Assembly (NCBI RefSeq): GCF_009914755.1 | Contig: NC_060947.1 | Source: the human T2T-CHM13v2.0 reference genome, Homo sapiens | DNA length: 64,000 bases | Direction: 5' to 3' (one strand) | Shown here: positions 28,249 through 44,945 of the stretch, one piece after another | Layout: each line of letters starts with the position of its first letter | How positions within the stretch are numbered: position 1 is the stretch's first letter | Position numbers and translations under genes: made by a program | Notes under the pieces: generated by a model | Databases searched by the model: none | Seen by the model: only the letters and a program-made list of their open reading frames with translations | What the model was told of the DNA's origin: nothing

Positions 28249-29234
28249 ACCTAGAGTGTCAGAAAACTCAGCCTTGTATATGTTGGGGGTTTTTCCTAGC
28301 TCCCATGGCCACTTTATAAATGATGTTTCTTAAAACATTTTCATGCAGTCCTTGAGCTTGAGTCTCCAGCGGTGTTTTGGGTTGGAGGAGGCAGTAGGAA
28401 GAGAGTCTCCCAGCCCTAAATGGTTAACGTTTATATTGCAACATAAATTATCATTTGCTCCAGATTGCCTGTGGTATCCATGTAGAATGATTAATGTCAA
28501 AATGATAAAATGATGCAGTCTCTTGAATTTGATTCCAGCTGTTCCCGTCTTTGATATGATTTGCGAATGACATTTGTATTTTTCACTGGTGATTAGTTAA
28601 TGCTGGAAAGGACGGCCAGATGATAGCTGTCTAGAATTCTAAAGCCAAAGATTTACTTGGCTGGAAAACTGTTCAATAGAATATCGTTACAATATTTACC
28701 GTAAATTGGTTTAGCATTTGTCATTAGAAGGTGCTTAGCATCCAGATAACAGCCTATAGTTTGAAGAATTTTTTAAACCATTTGATTACACTATGATTAC
28801 AGAAGGCTGGCAACCAAAAAAGACTTCTTTCTACGTGATTCATTGCTCCTGTGTAGAACACCAATGAACTCTTAAAGAACTGATTCAATGTTTTCTGAGA
28901 GCCCTTTATTGACTTGTTCGTGGCTAGAGGAAAACATAGCTGTGCATCACATAGTTTGGATGTTAAGTGTCAAAAGTTCCTGGGTTTAGCTGCTGATGAT
29001 AGCAGTGACCATTTACTGAGCTACTTACGATGTGCCAGCTGCTAAACTATTTTACGCTCATTTCGTCTTCACACCAGTGCTTTTAAACATTATATTACAT
29101 TGTCAGAATATTCGTCCACCCACCAAGTCGTTCTAAGGGCAGGTAGTCAGTCTGAGGTCTATTGTTCTCTCTGCATTTTCTTGGCCTCTTAGACTGTGGT
29201 TCTCTGTGAATAAGGATGGGGGGTCACTTTAATT

Positions 29235-29462
29235 CAGAGTTTCTTAACTTCAGCACTCTTGACATCTAGGATCAGGTTATTCTGTATGGTGGGGCCGTCC
29301 TGTGCACTGTAGGATGTTTAGCAGCATCCCTGCCCTCTACCCACTAGATGCCTGTAGCGCCCTCACGCGCACTCCACCAACCCAGTTATGACAACCAAAA
29401 ATGTCTCCAGACACTGCCAATGTCCCCTAGGAAAGAAAATCACCCCAAGGTGAGAACCACTG
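29235..29462 (+). mobile_element. MER20 hAT MITE
   Basis: gtcctgtgcactgtaggatgtttagcagcatccctg..ctctacccactagatgcc...gagaaccactg. Confidence 0.88.
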
Positions 29463-31841
29463 GTTTCACTCCATCTGCCCAGTGCAGCATTTGAGCATAA
29501 GAAATTGTCCCTGGGGCTCAGCTTCTATTTTCACATCCTCAGTGGGACCAACTAGAGATGAGTTTCTGTTTACTTTGGGAATTAGGATGTAAGCTGCATC
29601 TAATTTATTATGAATTCTGCTTCATGGAAAATAGGCTTCATTATGGTGTTGGCAACAATAACTGGATTCTCTACTCTGGATTCTAATTAGTATGTAAAAA
29701 ATATCATTTCGGGGATAAAAATAAAAAGCAGATTATGTGGGACTCTCTCTCTCCCCATCTCTGTCTGGGTTGACATCTTCATAGCCTTGAGGTAAATAAA
29801 TCAGTGTTTTCTCCACATATGGAATCATGGGCATATTTTTTTGTTTTCCTTTGTGCTATTCTTTATTTTCAAAACTTTCTGCAATAAATATATATCATTT
29901 TTTAAATCAGAAAAATCCTTGTGAAAATTGAGACACTAATCCACACTTAGATTTCTAGAAGATACTAGTAATTTCTTTGGACAATATGAGACTCTGCTTT
30001 CTAATTAGAACACTAGTGCAATTGTAGCTCCAACAATGATGAGACTTCTTAGGGAGAACTTGAGTGGTGGACATAGGAAAATAATATGTTATTTAATCAG
30101 GAAAATAAAATTAGAGCAATGTCTTGAAGATTTGAAATGCCAGGGACCTGCAAAAAAAAAAAAAAATCCCATCGCCAGCTTTGATTTATATAATATTTTC
30201 ATTAAAGAACAATGGAGGACAGGAACAGCAGTTGCTTTGAATTACATGCTATTTGTGATCAGCAATAGTGGATTAACAAGGTTTTACTGCGTTTCAGATG
30301 TTTCTCGATGATTGATTGTCGACATTCATATCTACATATGCTTACCAGTCTCTGGGGGCACAAACTCTTTGAAACAGAGGCAGATCTTTTATTGATTCTG
30401 CACAAGAGCAGACCACACTGGAGAAGCCCTAATACACTGGCAGAATATTTAGACCATTGATATCAGCGTGCAGACTATTTACCTCAGAATCCCAAGGCCA
30501 AGGTGGAAACAGTCTGGGAGCAATGCCTACAAAGGCTTTTTTATGACTAGCCCCTAGCAAGCACACAGCTTTCCCAGTCAGCAAAGGCACTTGGCTCCAG
30601 CTTGTCATGAAAATGTGGGCATGGTCTCAGGCCCGGATCCGGGAAAGCAGCCACTGTCCTGGTCCATGAGCAGACTTCCATGAGCAGAGCAAGAAACCCT
30701 GGCTGCAAGTCTCCTAGAAGCCGAGAATGTCGTCTCCTGAGTGGCCCCAACACCAGTTCCTGTGTGGAGAAGTGGGAGAAGCTTTCAGACTGAGGCCTGC
30801 AGAAGCAAAATTCCCCAATTCCCAGCCAAAGAACATAATCTTGAAGTAGAAAAACAAATGAAATTCATACAAACTGAATCCAACAATTCCTTTTCCTCAT
30901 TGGAAAGGAAATGGTTGGGTGAAGATTTTGGATGAACACTACACAGGGCCATGACTCCTTTCTTCTTGCAGCAGAGGCCGGAGTAACGGGGTCAGAAGGT
31001 TCAGCTTGTTGGTCCCTCTGATTGGCAGCTTTCTCCTTGGGGCTCCGTGTACCGTCATGAGAGGCTTCGTTTGGTTCTTAAATTTTGTTCAGCTTCTGGT
31101 TCTTTGACCAATAGCAGCAATTGGATTTCTTAACCAGAATTAAATTGTTAAGTCCCTTATTGCACAAGGGAGGAAACGTTCTCAAGTAATTTTCATTCAG
31201 ATGAAATGGGGGTAAACTGGTCTTGAAATAGTTAGAAGGAAAGAATTAAAATAGTAACTCTATTCCCAGGTATGTTTTTCTCCCGTAGGAAACAGTGGTT
31301 TAAAGTTTATGGAGCAGGTTAACGAGTTGGAGAGCCTTGCCTTTTGGCCCATGTCCTAAAATAAGACTTTTAAACACACTTCAAAAATATACAGCACTTC
31401 TCATTAATGGCAAATAAAGAATTGAGTCTTGAATCAGGATGTAAAGGCAGAATGATTCATATAGTATTATGTAGCAAAAATGAGGTTTTTCAGAAATGAA
31501 AAATTTCATTCATTAAATGATTCCTGGAATGCTATGGGCATTTATTTTGCTTTGCTTTTTTTCTCTGTGCTCTTTGATATTTTTCAAATTTCTCTTCAAT
31601 AAATACTTATTAGTTGACTAGAGAAAATGAACTAAGTTGGAAAGTTGAAAAATTGATGTAATAGAAAGAAGACCTTTCAAGAAGTGGAGAGTTGTCTTCA
31701 AAAGTCTGTAGAAAAGGAAAAAAAAGTTTTTTTGTTTTGGCTTTACTTGAAGGCAGTGGGATGGATTGGAGGACTTTTAAGCTTGTTCTTTTATGCTGGT
31801 TTTGTTTATCTTTTGTGGCTCCAAAGCAGAAAACTTTGTTC

Positions 31842-31928
31842 TCTTTCCTACTATTAAGCTAATGGGACTGCGTATAACTGGAAAACCTGAGCATCTCTGA
31901 GCTTGTTGTTGTTGTTGTTTTCTCTTGA
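31842..31928. repeat. Local direct duplication B, copy 1
   Basis: tctttcctactattaagctaatgggactgcgtataactggaaaacctgagcatct...ttctcttga; matches 32852-32932. Confidence 0.9.
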
Positions 31929-32139
31929 TGTCAGTTTTTATTCAACTGTATCTCTTGTATCACCTGAACCAGCACATCGATTCATTTGTCCTACATAAGA
32001 TGCTGCATGTCAGAAGAGCTACTAATCTGTGGGTTTTATGGTGACATATGAGAGTAGGTTAGGCTAAACATCAGTTGCATAAATTCTTTAGAGCTTGGAA
32101 CCAATCTTAATAGTATAAAATACAAATGCAACATTGATG

Positions 32140-32295
32140 CCCCTTCCCTCCCTCATTTGCTTTTTTCCTTTCATCATATTTTCTTGCTTCAATCCCTCCT
32201 CTTTCTCTCTCTGCCTTTCCCATCCTTTCCTTACTTCGTTCTTTCCTTCCTTCCTTCCTTTTTGTTTCCCTCCTCCCTTCTTCCTTTCCTTTTTT
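32140..32295. repeat. Polypyrimidine low-complexity tract ((TTCC)n-like)
   Basis: Mostly C/T sequence with ttcc repeats. Confidence 0.75.
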
Positions 32296-32851
32296 AGAAA
32301 ACATTCACTGAAGACATACAACAAACTAGGGACTCTGTTAGGCACCAGAGATATTAAAAAGTAATAATTAAGCACAATCCCTACCCTCAGGGAGCTTATG
32401 TACTAAAGGGAAAAAAATCCCTTAAGGGAAGACAACAATATGTGAATTTGTCTGAACCGTTCAAGGGAGGGAGGAAGGAAGAAAGAAAAGAGAAGATATG
32501 AGAGGTATACCTGGGGGCTACCAAAGTTTTTTCAAAAAATAGTCCCCCTCCCATATTCTATGAAGAATAGGTCTCCAGTGATTAGCAAACACATAAGTAT
32601 TCTCTCAAGTTAGTCTTGGGAAGAGGAGCTTCATGGCAATAATGAAAGCAATATTAATAAAATCATTCTTAACATCAGAGCACTGGTATGGCAGAGGTGG
32701 CCATAACCAGAGGCAGTGTCTCACCTCATTGTCTAATTTGAGAGGTGGCAGCACCCATATTTCCTGCACTGCAAGAAAGTTAAAAAATAATCAATCTGTG
32801 CAGTGCAAAGAAATATCTTGAGAAATTTAAGTAAGCTCCTTTTAGATATTT

Positions 32852-32932
32852 TCTTTCCTAATATTAAGCTAATGGGACTGTGTATAACTGGAAAAGCTGA
32901 GCATCTTTGGGCTTGATGTTATTTTCTCTTGA
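32852..32932. repeat. Local direct duplication B, copy 2
   Basis: Matches 31842-31928 at roughly 85-90% identity. Confidence 0.9.
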
Positions 32933-32949
32933 AAATAACACACATTTTA

Positions 32950-33105
32950 TCAATTCAATGTAAATTTAATTAATTCAATGCAAATTTAATTAATTTAATG
33001 TATTAAGTCAATGTAAATTAAGTCAATGTAAATTTAATTAAATTAATTTATTAAATCAATGTAATTTTAATTAATTTAATTTATTAATTAATGTAAATAT
33101 AAAAT
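32950..33105. repeat. Degenerate AT-rich minisatellite (unit about aattcaatgtaaatttaatt)
   Basis: Repeated caatgtaaattt(aatt) motif, about 7 decayed copies. Confidence 0.8.
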
Positions 33106-33523
33106 TAACAACATTGTCTCTTAAAAATAATACAATTTCAACCCAAATCTCTCTCTTTTCACATTAATAATACTTTTAACATATTATAAGCAATTATGCC
33201 AAAAGATTCCTGTATCTGAATTGCATATATGCCTAGAATCCGGTATTTTGCTTATTGGTGGTCTCCAGATGCTGGAGGTGTTTCTTATTCCCACAGCCCT
33301 GCCTCCCTCTTGCTTGACCTTACTGATAGCGCTCTGGGGACACGCAGAATATGGACCCAGTGAGTTGGACAATGGCTACATCATCAACAAACATCCAACA
33401 AGTGACCCAGTGGCCTGGAAGCAGAGGAAAGGACAGAAAATTGGTAGGAAGGTGGCATGAGAAGATTCTGTGGAGAAGGAAGTTTCTATCATACTGGCAG
33501 GAAGAATGAAGTGGTCATCTAGG

Positions 33524-33726
33524 CCAGGGGATGAGCTCTCACACGGGAGCCATGTGCAGTGTCTGGAGACACATTTGGTTGTCACGCTGGGACAGAGATG
33601 CTCTTGGCATCTAGTGCGTAGTGCTCAGGGACGCTGCTAAACATCCTACAATGCACAAGACAGGTCCCCACAACAAAGAATGATCCAGCTTCAAATGTCC
33701 AATAGTGCTGAGGTGGAGAAATCTTG
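33524..33726 (-). mobile_element. MER20 hAT MITE
   Basis: Reverse-complement MER20 core: ggcatctagtg...gacgctgctaaacatcctacaatgcacaagacag. Confidence 0.85.
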
Positions 33727-35619
33727 CTTTATAAAAGAGACAGAAAAGCCTGAGCGATGATGAAAACAGGGCATCTGAAGACTTTGTCCTCAGAAGTAGA
33801 GGTGAGGAAGACAAGGCATATTCACCAGATCCCGGCTTTCTTGTCCTGCATGTCCATGAGGGTAGAAGATTGTGCTTGGCAATCTCATTAAACCCCAAAT
33901 GCATAAGCAACCAAAGTCCATAATATCCTGCCTAAATTGAAAATGAAAACTTGACACCTAGACTGTAATTAGCAAGAATGAACAGCTTCCTCATTTCCCC
34001 AAATTCAGCAGGGCATTTTAACACTCAGTCATCTCATTTCCTCCCAGAGCTGTAAAGGTGTCATGATTTCAGTCTCCCTGCGGTGGAGTTTCTCTGTAAC
34101 ACGGAGCCTGGCCATTCCACTTTGGGGATGTTTTTGACGGCTGTGTCCAATGGCATTAAGATGCTGTCATGAGCTGTGTTGACTTTCCTCCAGTCAGAGC
34201 TGTCCCTGAGGATTTCCTGGTTTTAAGGACAAGCCCTGAGGAAGAATGAGCTGCCTTTGAAAATCAGCCTTGCCCGCTTGTGCAGTAGCTCTCTGAAGTC
34301 ATTCACACAGAGCCCACAGTGCTGCTTGTGGGTTATTCCAGAAGCGTCTCTTCAGCCTGATTCCCCATGGGGAACGGGAGGCCTGTGGAGTTTCTCTCTG
34401 GCTGTTCTCCATGCCTGGGGCATTTCCCATGCCACCACCTGTGAGGACAGTTGTACTCAGCAAATGTTAGCATCGCTCGAGCAAGTCCACTAAGAAAAGA
34501 TTGACTTGGAAATGTTAAGAATACATGTATTTCAGGGCGTAGAAATAGAACCCAGGAGGGAGCAGGCAGCTTTATGTTTTTGGCATCAAATCCAGTGGCA
34601 TTGCTTAATGAGGACTGCCTCTCCAATGGGATCAAGGGCTTGGGCTCTGCAGGCTGGTTGGCCCCCGTGAGCTCCAAGATTGAGGGCTCATGCACTGGTA
34701 CTTCTGCTTCCAGTCAATCATTTGATGGTTTCAAACATACCCTTGACAGCAACCTTCTCCATTTCAGGATGTCGGGAGTGCCAGGTCTGAATGCAGGGAG
34801 GAAGCAAGAGACAACTGATAACAGATGCTGTGATGTGGCTACCCTCCCTCCTTTCTCTGCCTACACCCGATTCTCCAGGGCCCCAGGGTCAGAAGCCTTG
34901 ATTGAGCTCATAGTTCCAAGTTGACAGCTGGAGGTTTATTCTTATCTGTATCTCTTGCTGCTTCTCAATCTGGCCTCACCAAGATGGATTCACCCTAAGG
35001 CCTGACCTGGGGATTTAAACCCAAAATATTCATCTGTGTCACCCTCTGCATTAACTTATTTATTGGGTGCTGACTGCAGACTCCCCAAAACAGCGGGGTC
35101 ACCAGACCGCTACACAGCCAACTCCATTTGGATAGGCCTGCTTCCAAATTTCTAACTCTGGACTCTGTCTTCCTCACTTGACCCTGTCTTCTCTCACTCT
35201 CATTCTTTTGGGGATGAAAGAAAATGGGAATAGAAGGGAATCATACTTTATTTGGAAAATGGATAAAACCTAATATAATTGAGGTTGAAGAGCAATAAAG
35301 TGAAAGCTAAAATATGCAGAATCATTGTCTTATTTAGAGACATTTGTTGTCTATGTTTTAAAAATTGCTCATCAGGGTTTACATTCTATCACTCCAGGTG
35401 AAAGACTTATAGCAGAGCCAGATGATTTTTCCTCCTTTAATTAGAAAAATACGTGCTCTTTGTAAGTAATGAAACGACCAAAGATGTGAAAGGAAGACTA
35501 AACGATCCACACAGCCCCGCTTCCTACTGCACATTGAAAACCATTGTTAAGAGCTTTGTGGATGTCCTTCACTGCTTTCTCCACATTCATGTAAAAAGAG
35601 ACAAATACAAGTAACCACA

Positions 35620-36599
<980 letters not shown>

Positions 36600-36761
36600 G
36601 CTTTTATGACTTTTTAACAGATGTGTAGAGAATTTGTGGTTCCACATAAATGACAGTGTAACTAACCTTTCTGGGGTTGATTTACATTCAGATTGTTTCC
36701 AGTTTTTGCCACTGTAGTTGATATCTTTTTACATAGGTGCTTAATAAGTGGTACATTCTAG

Positions 36762-37330
<569 letters not shown>

Positions 37331-39341
37331 TAGTAGCGAGTCATGCTCCCCCAGGAAAGTGTTGAGTGTCCAGAGTCTTGATGAATGATGGATATTATTG
37401 TTCCTTTTCATTTCAATTAATCTGGTGGGTGGCAAATTACACGTTCTATTGTTTCTATTTGAATTTTTAGAACTAGAGAGATTGAACATTTTTTCAAACA
37501 CTTATTGTTTTTTTTTTTTTTAATTTTCTCTTCTTGACATGTATATTCATTCTGTTCCTTCTTTGCTCATTTTTGACTGGATTATGTTTTCCTACATTGC
37601 GTAAATATGTACTAAGGGTTAATATCGACCAGGCTCAAGTGACCAGGCTCCAAATTCAGCAGCGAATGTACTCTGAAAGTCTTTTAATCATTCTGTAAGA
37701 TCTCTTAAAATAGAATGGATACTAATCCCAAGGAATGGTTCTATATTTTACTTGATTAGTAGTCAAACATATCCAACTTTTCCTATTTAGGAAACTCTCC
37801 CCTGTCCCTTATTTATGCAAACTTTCTTCTAAAATTTATTTTACTTTTTAAAATGATTTGACTGATCTATTTGATGATTCCTGTACCATTGCCCCACTAT
37901 TTTAATAAGAGGGTCTTTCCAATACATTTTAAAATATCATATGGCAAGTTCTCCCTCTTTGCTCTCTTTTTTGGTTATTATTGACTCCTCTTAGGAATTT
38001 AATTTTCTAAATGAACCTTAAAATCACTTTAGTTATTCTCACATATGAGTATAATTTTGAATCTTGCTTTTTATCTGTTCTTTAGATTATTCCATTTGTT
38101 TCATTAACAGTAACCTATAAAACAATGTTGAATGGTACTGATAAAACTGAGCATTGCTTGTTTCACCCCTGATTTGAAAGAAAATCATGCTTGCTATTGA
38201 CTTGTACAAGTAAGGTCTGTTTTCTCCAAATAATTTCCATTATTCCTATTTAAATAAAATTTTTATTATAAGTGGTTGTTGAAATGTATCAGATTTCTTT
38301 TGGAAAATCTATTAATATTTTATGTATTTTTCTTTTTTTAAAAAAGTAATTATGTTGATAGGTTTCCTACTATTGGAATATCCTTCCATGCCTAGAATCA
38401 ACCCTACCTGTTAATGGTGCTTTTATCTCTCTCTTATTCTCTCTCTCTCAATCATTTTAAAATAATGCTGGACCTAAGTTGCTAATGATGAAATTGCTAT
38501 ACGGATTTCTAGTTCCATCTTTATCAGGGTTTAGAATAAAGCTTATGCCAGATTCATAAAGTTCATTGGGAATTTTTCGTATTTTGTGTCTTTTGAAACT
38601 ATTTAAATACATAGCAAGCACCTGTTTTTTTAAATGCTTGGTGGAATTTAGCTCTAAGATTATTATGGCCTGGTGTATAACTGTTAGATCATTGCCAATT
38701 ACTTTTTCAATATCATCTATGATTATTGTTTTACTTTTTTCATGTTTTCTACTCTTTTCTGGCCAATTTTGGTAATTCATATCTTGCCAGGAAATTATAA
38801 TTTCCCTTTAAATACTTTCGCTTTTCAATTGTCATTGAGTCGCATAATGCCCTCTTTATAGAAAACTTCCATTTCTATGGTTATATATCCATTTTCATTC
38901 CTGACAAAAAATATAGAATATTTTTCTTGAGAGGAACTCATCTATTTTATTTTTATTTTTTAAAAGTCAAGATTATTGAGGTATACTTTATATACAGTAA
39001 AATTTGCCTTTTTAAGAATACAATTCAGTGAGTTTTGGCAAATGCGTACAGTTGTGTAACTACCACTACAATGAAGATAACATTTCTGACACCCTCAAAA
39101 GTTCCCTTAGGCCCTTTTGTAATGAACCACTAGCCCCACTGGCAGCCCCTGGCAATCACTGATCTATTCTGTGTCTCCATAATTTTGCTTTTTGCAGGAT
39201 GACATGTAAATGGAATTATAGAGGATGTGGATTTTACTTAGCATAATGTGTTTGAGTTCAGACACATATGAGTAGTATCTTCCTTTTTATTGCTTTACTT
39301 GTGTCTTTATTTATTTGATGTAAGACTTTCTATGTTATCTA

Positions 39342-39638
39342 ATTTTTTCTGTTTTTGAGACAGAGTCTCACTCTGTCGCCCAGGCTGGAGTGCAATGGTG
39401 CTATCCCGGCTCACAGCAACCTCCGCCTCCCAGGTTGAAGTGATTCGTCTGCCTTAGCCTCCCGAGTAGCTGGGTTTACAGGCATGAGCCACCACATCCA
39501 GCTAATTTTTGTATTCTTAGTAGAGATGGTGTTTGACTATGTTGCCCAGGCTGGTCTCAAACTCCCAACCTCAGGTGATCTGCCTGCCTTGGTCTCCCAA
39601 AGTTCTGGGATTACAGGCATGAGCCACTGCACCCGGCC
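39342..39638 (-). mobile_element. AluS SINE
   Basis: Full Alu; TSD atgttat(c/g)ta. Confidence 0.9.
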
Positions 39639-39684
39639 CATGTTATGTATTTCTTATTGAGTGAGCTTGGCAGTTTGTATCGTA

Positions 39685-39992
39685 TTTTTTTTTTTTTTTG
39701 AGATAGAGTCTCACTCTGTTGCCCAGGCTGGAGTGCAATGGCGTGATCTCGGCTCACTGCAATCTTGGCTCACTTGAACCCACCTCCAGGGTTCAAGTGA
39801 TTCTCCTGCCTCAGCCTCCTGAGTAGCTGGGATTCCAGGTGTGCGCTACCACGCCCGGCTAATTTTTGTGTTTTTAGTAGAGACGGGGTTTCACCATGTT
39901 GGTCAGGCTGGTCTCAAATTCCTGACCTCGTGATCCACCCGCCTCGGCCTCTCAAAGCGCTGGGATTACAGGAGTGAGCCACCGCACCCGGC
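39685..39992 (-). mobile_element. AluSg-like SINE with a small internal duplication
   Basis: Full Alu containing duplicated (t)ctcggctcact/tcttggctcact; TSD-like gtttgtatc. Confidence 0.9.
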
Positions 39993-40779
39993 TTGCCGTT
40001 TGTATCTTTCAAGAAACTTTTCCATTCATCTAAGTTGTCAAGATTTTAATATTGTCTTATTATCTTTTTAATGTCTATAGGATTTCTTGAGAGGTCCTCT
40101 CATATCTGCTGTTGTTAATTTTTGTTTCCTTTCCTTTTCTTCCTGTTAGTCTCCCTAGAAGATTATCAATTATATTGAAATTTTCAAAACTGAGATTTTT
40201 ATGACACTGATTTTCTCTATTTTTAAAAAATTCAATTGATTTCTGCACTTACTCTTAATATTTCCTTCCCTCTGCTTGCTTTGCTTTTAATTTTCTCTTC
40301 TTTTTGTAATCACTTATGGTGGAGGCTTAGACAATTGAAGCACTTCTTTTTCTTCAATAGGATCATTTAATGTGCCAATTTAACTGCATCCTGTACAGTT
40401 TGACATGTTATATTTTAATTTTTGTTCAATTCAAAATGTTTTCTAATTTCCATTCTGACTTCTTTTATGACCCAGGGGTTATTTAGGAATTTTTTTATTT
40501 CCAAATATTTGGGGATTTACATATATCTTCACATTATTGATTTCTAATTTAATTCTATTGTCATTAAGGTGTATACTTAGTACAATTTCAAGTTTTTAAA
40601 AATTTGTAGAGGTTTGTTCTATGGCCCAGAATATAGTCTAACTTTCTGAATATTCAATGATTACTTGAAACGAAAGTATTCTGCAGTTATCTATAATGTT
40701 AATCAGGTCAAGTTTGTTGGAAATATTGGTCACTTCCTGATGATATTTTTGTCTACTTGCTCTATTGATTACTAAGTGA

Positions 40780-41584
<805 letters not shown>

Positions 41585-42614
41585 CAAGGTCTGTTTTTAG
41601 ATGCATACTCTTTAGAGTTGATAGCTTTTCTTGGTGAATTGACCTCTTTGTTATGTGATGTCTCTCTTTATCCCTGGAAATGTCCCTTTTTTGGAAGCTT
41701 ACTTTGCTCTTCATATAGCCACTCCAGCTTTCTTTTAATTAGCGTTTGGATGTTATTATCTTTTGCTATCCTATTACTTTTAACCCATCTATGCCTTCAT
41801 TATTTAAATTGAGTTTCTTATATATTGCAAATAGCCTGGAGTTGTTCTTGAGTTACTTTGGGAAATGTGGATGTGACTAATTCATTTAAAGGGGCTGAAA
41901 AGCAATAACCCTGGGAACATGGTAACAGGTTCTGAAGTGATGAAGGACACAGAAATTGGCCCATGCAAAGAAGCAGGGCAGTAGCATTGAGTTGGTAATC
42001 TGAGATAGGCATTGAGTGGAGTTCCAAGTAGAAATCCATTGCTGCCTGGAAAATCCAGAGATCACTCTGGAAATCAAGTCAGAAGGAGTTCAAGGCCAGA
42101 GAACCCAGCTACTGAGGGGAATTAAAGAAGGAGGTTGAGATTGTGATACTGCAATGCAGAATAGGGAGTTTGTTTTCCGGAAAACTGGGTGGAGCTACCA
42201 AGGAGGTAGGGCACTTCTCCAAGACAAAAGCAGATAGTGATACCTTAGAGCCCACCTTATTTGCATGTGAATTATCTTAAAGTGTAGGGTGAACTGAGCC
42301 AGCAAGTAGCAATTATGTAAGTGCAATTTCCAACTTAGAATTTAGTGACAGAAGCCAGGCAGGAGATGATAAAATACACTAATGGGCAGGCTTACTTGCC
42401 CAAATTCAAGGTTTTATCTTTATCAGATGACCTGCAGCCACTATAAAGAGAGGATAGAATTTGCTGGAAGGTAGATGTTCTAGCTTTTCTTTTAATATTA
42501 TTTTTTATTTTGTAAAATATAGGATTGCTGCAAATATGAAGCGCTTTTTATAAACACAAGTCTTAAAAAGAGAATGGTGGAAGCTGTGGGCTTAAGAGAA
42601 GGTTACAAATAAAA

Positions 42615-43990
42615 CTCATTCATGAGAAATTAGAATTTCACTCTAAATTTTTATAGACCACCTACCATATGGCAAATATTGGGCTAAGCCAGTCCTGGTC
42701 TCAAATTTCAGGGATATTACAGTCTAATGGGGGCAAATAAACAGAAACGGTAAACAAAATGTATACAAATACTAGGTTGCAACAGTGACAACACTATGAA
42801 GGGAGGCATAGGTTGCTTTTTGGATCAATATTAGGGGAATTTGGCTTAGGCAGGGAGATCAGGAAATGGTGGTTGAGAGGCCATCTGAAATATTGGCCTT
42901 AGTTAGGAAGGTGAGGGAAAAGTGGTCCAAGTGGAGGTTTGTGGCTGACCAGAACATGGCTACAACAGCCAGTGTGGCCAGAGTGCAGGGGAAAAGAGGA
43001 GAATGGTCCAAGATGACGCTGAGGAGATATGCAAGCACAAGACAATGGAGGGGCTTATCAGCACCATGGAAGAGTTTCATGGAAGGTAGGTCAGAAACTT
43101 GGAAGGACTTTTAGTCAGTGTATGGGGGTTGGGAGTGGGACGAAAATGATGGAAAGAGTGTTCCGAAGCGTGCATGATGTGGTATAATTCAGAGATTACC
43201 TTGGCTGCTCTGGGAGAGGAATTAAAGGAGAAGATGTGGTGTAGATTACAGGTAGACCAGTTAGCGGGTTATTTCATCTATTTAATCTGTAGATGTGTGA
43301 CATGTGAAAGCTCATACTTGGAGGTTGAGTGCAGAAGTAGAGAGAACTCGGCCAGTTAAAGAGATATTTAAGAAATAAAATCAACAGGACTTGGTGATGG
43401 ACTGGACATGGAGGGTGAGAGAGACATCAAACCTGAACCTTTGGTTTTTGGTTCATGAACATGATTGGCCAGGACAAGGTTTTAAGAAGAGATCATGAAT
43501 GCAGTTTGGATATGTTGAACTTGAGATGGACTTTAGGCACCCAAAACTGATTACTGCAAAAAAATAGGTCAATGTGTAGGGCTGAGCTCAGTGGAGAAAC
43601 CAGACCTAGAGATTTGAATTTGGGAGGCTTCTGCACAAAATGGTGATTGAGTGATGGCGTGAATGGCATTGCCTAAGGAAAGATTTAAAAAGAAAGAAAT
43701 GGTCAACACCACAAAAGCTGCTGTATGTCAAGACGAGGTCAAGAAAACATCTATTAGAATACGTATTGATGTAGATGCCATTTTTTATTTCAGTGAGCAC
43801 TATCTTGGTAGAGTGAAGACACTGAACTCCCAATAGAGTGTGGGGGAGTTGATTCTTCACAATGATCGGTGAGAATCAGAAGCAGCGGGTCTGAACAGCC
43901 CTTTGAGAAGCTTGACAGAGAAGAGGAGGTAAGGGAGGGCAGTAGTTGGAGGGAAAATAAGATTGGTGAAGAGGTAAGATAAGCATTATT
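42615..43990 (-). mobile_element. L2 LINE relic
   Basis: Purine-rich L2-like sequence (aaatcaacaggacttggtgatggactgga, gcagtttggatatgttgaacttgagatg); boundaries approximate. Confidence 0.65.
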
Positions 43991-44945
43991 ATTTTGAAAT
44001 GCTTTAGTGAAAATGAACAGCTTTTAATGACCATAATAAAAATTGAACTTTGAGAATAAATAGACTGTGCAAAAGAACCAGTGTTCATTAAATCATTTTT
44101 CTGTGCTACTTCTCAATTGGTAATTGGTTTTCGGCCACGAAATATTTGTTCATTAATTGCTCTGCTTCCTATTTAACCATGCTTTAATGATTCTCTTAGG
44201 AGAACATGGCTGAAGAAGACCCAAAGAGAGATCCTAATTCCTTTCCATAAATTGCCCATTACTAAGATGATAGAACAATTACAAGAAAGGTTGTTCTGTA
44301 AGTCCTTAACCCCATTTTTATTTTACATTTTTGAATGTGCATTCCGTAGTGAGCATGGTACTCAGGAAAAGGGATTTTGTTAGTCCCACGTCTCCCTTTT
44401 TGTCCTCCTATTATAATTGTGAGCAATTGCCTTCTTCAACATATTTCACTTGTGTATTTTTTTTTAAAGGCAAGATGTGGGCTACCCTGTGGAGTGTATG
44501 ACATGCCCTTCAAGTTGACTTTGAAAGGTAATTAATTATGGTAGTGTCTGTTCAGTTTCAAAAGTTCAAATTAAATATCCTTCAAAACTCGTATCAAAGG
44601 GAATATATTTTACACACCTGTCATTTGTGAGAAAGGCTGATTTGAGTCAAAATTAGGAAGGAGGTAAAGCTCATCATTAGAATGCTGGCACAGCCACCCT
44701 GGTCTGTTGAATGAACCAATCTTCTAATACCCCTTGAGTGGCCCTGTCTTAAGTACTTCATTACTACTTTTCCAGGAGTTCTGTGATTTCACAGAATTTA
44801 TGGTAAGTCATTGTTGAAAGGACCTTTAAGAGCTTACAGAGGCCTAGACAAGAAGGCACATGGCTGGGCCCTCAGTGTGTAAGGGGATAGTTAGAGAATA
44901 CCCTGAGGGCTTTGAGCTGCCAGTCCAGTACCGTGTCCACTACAG

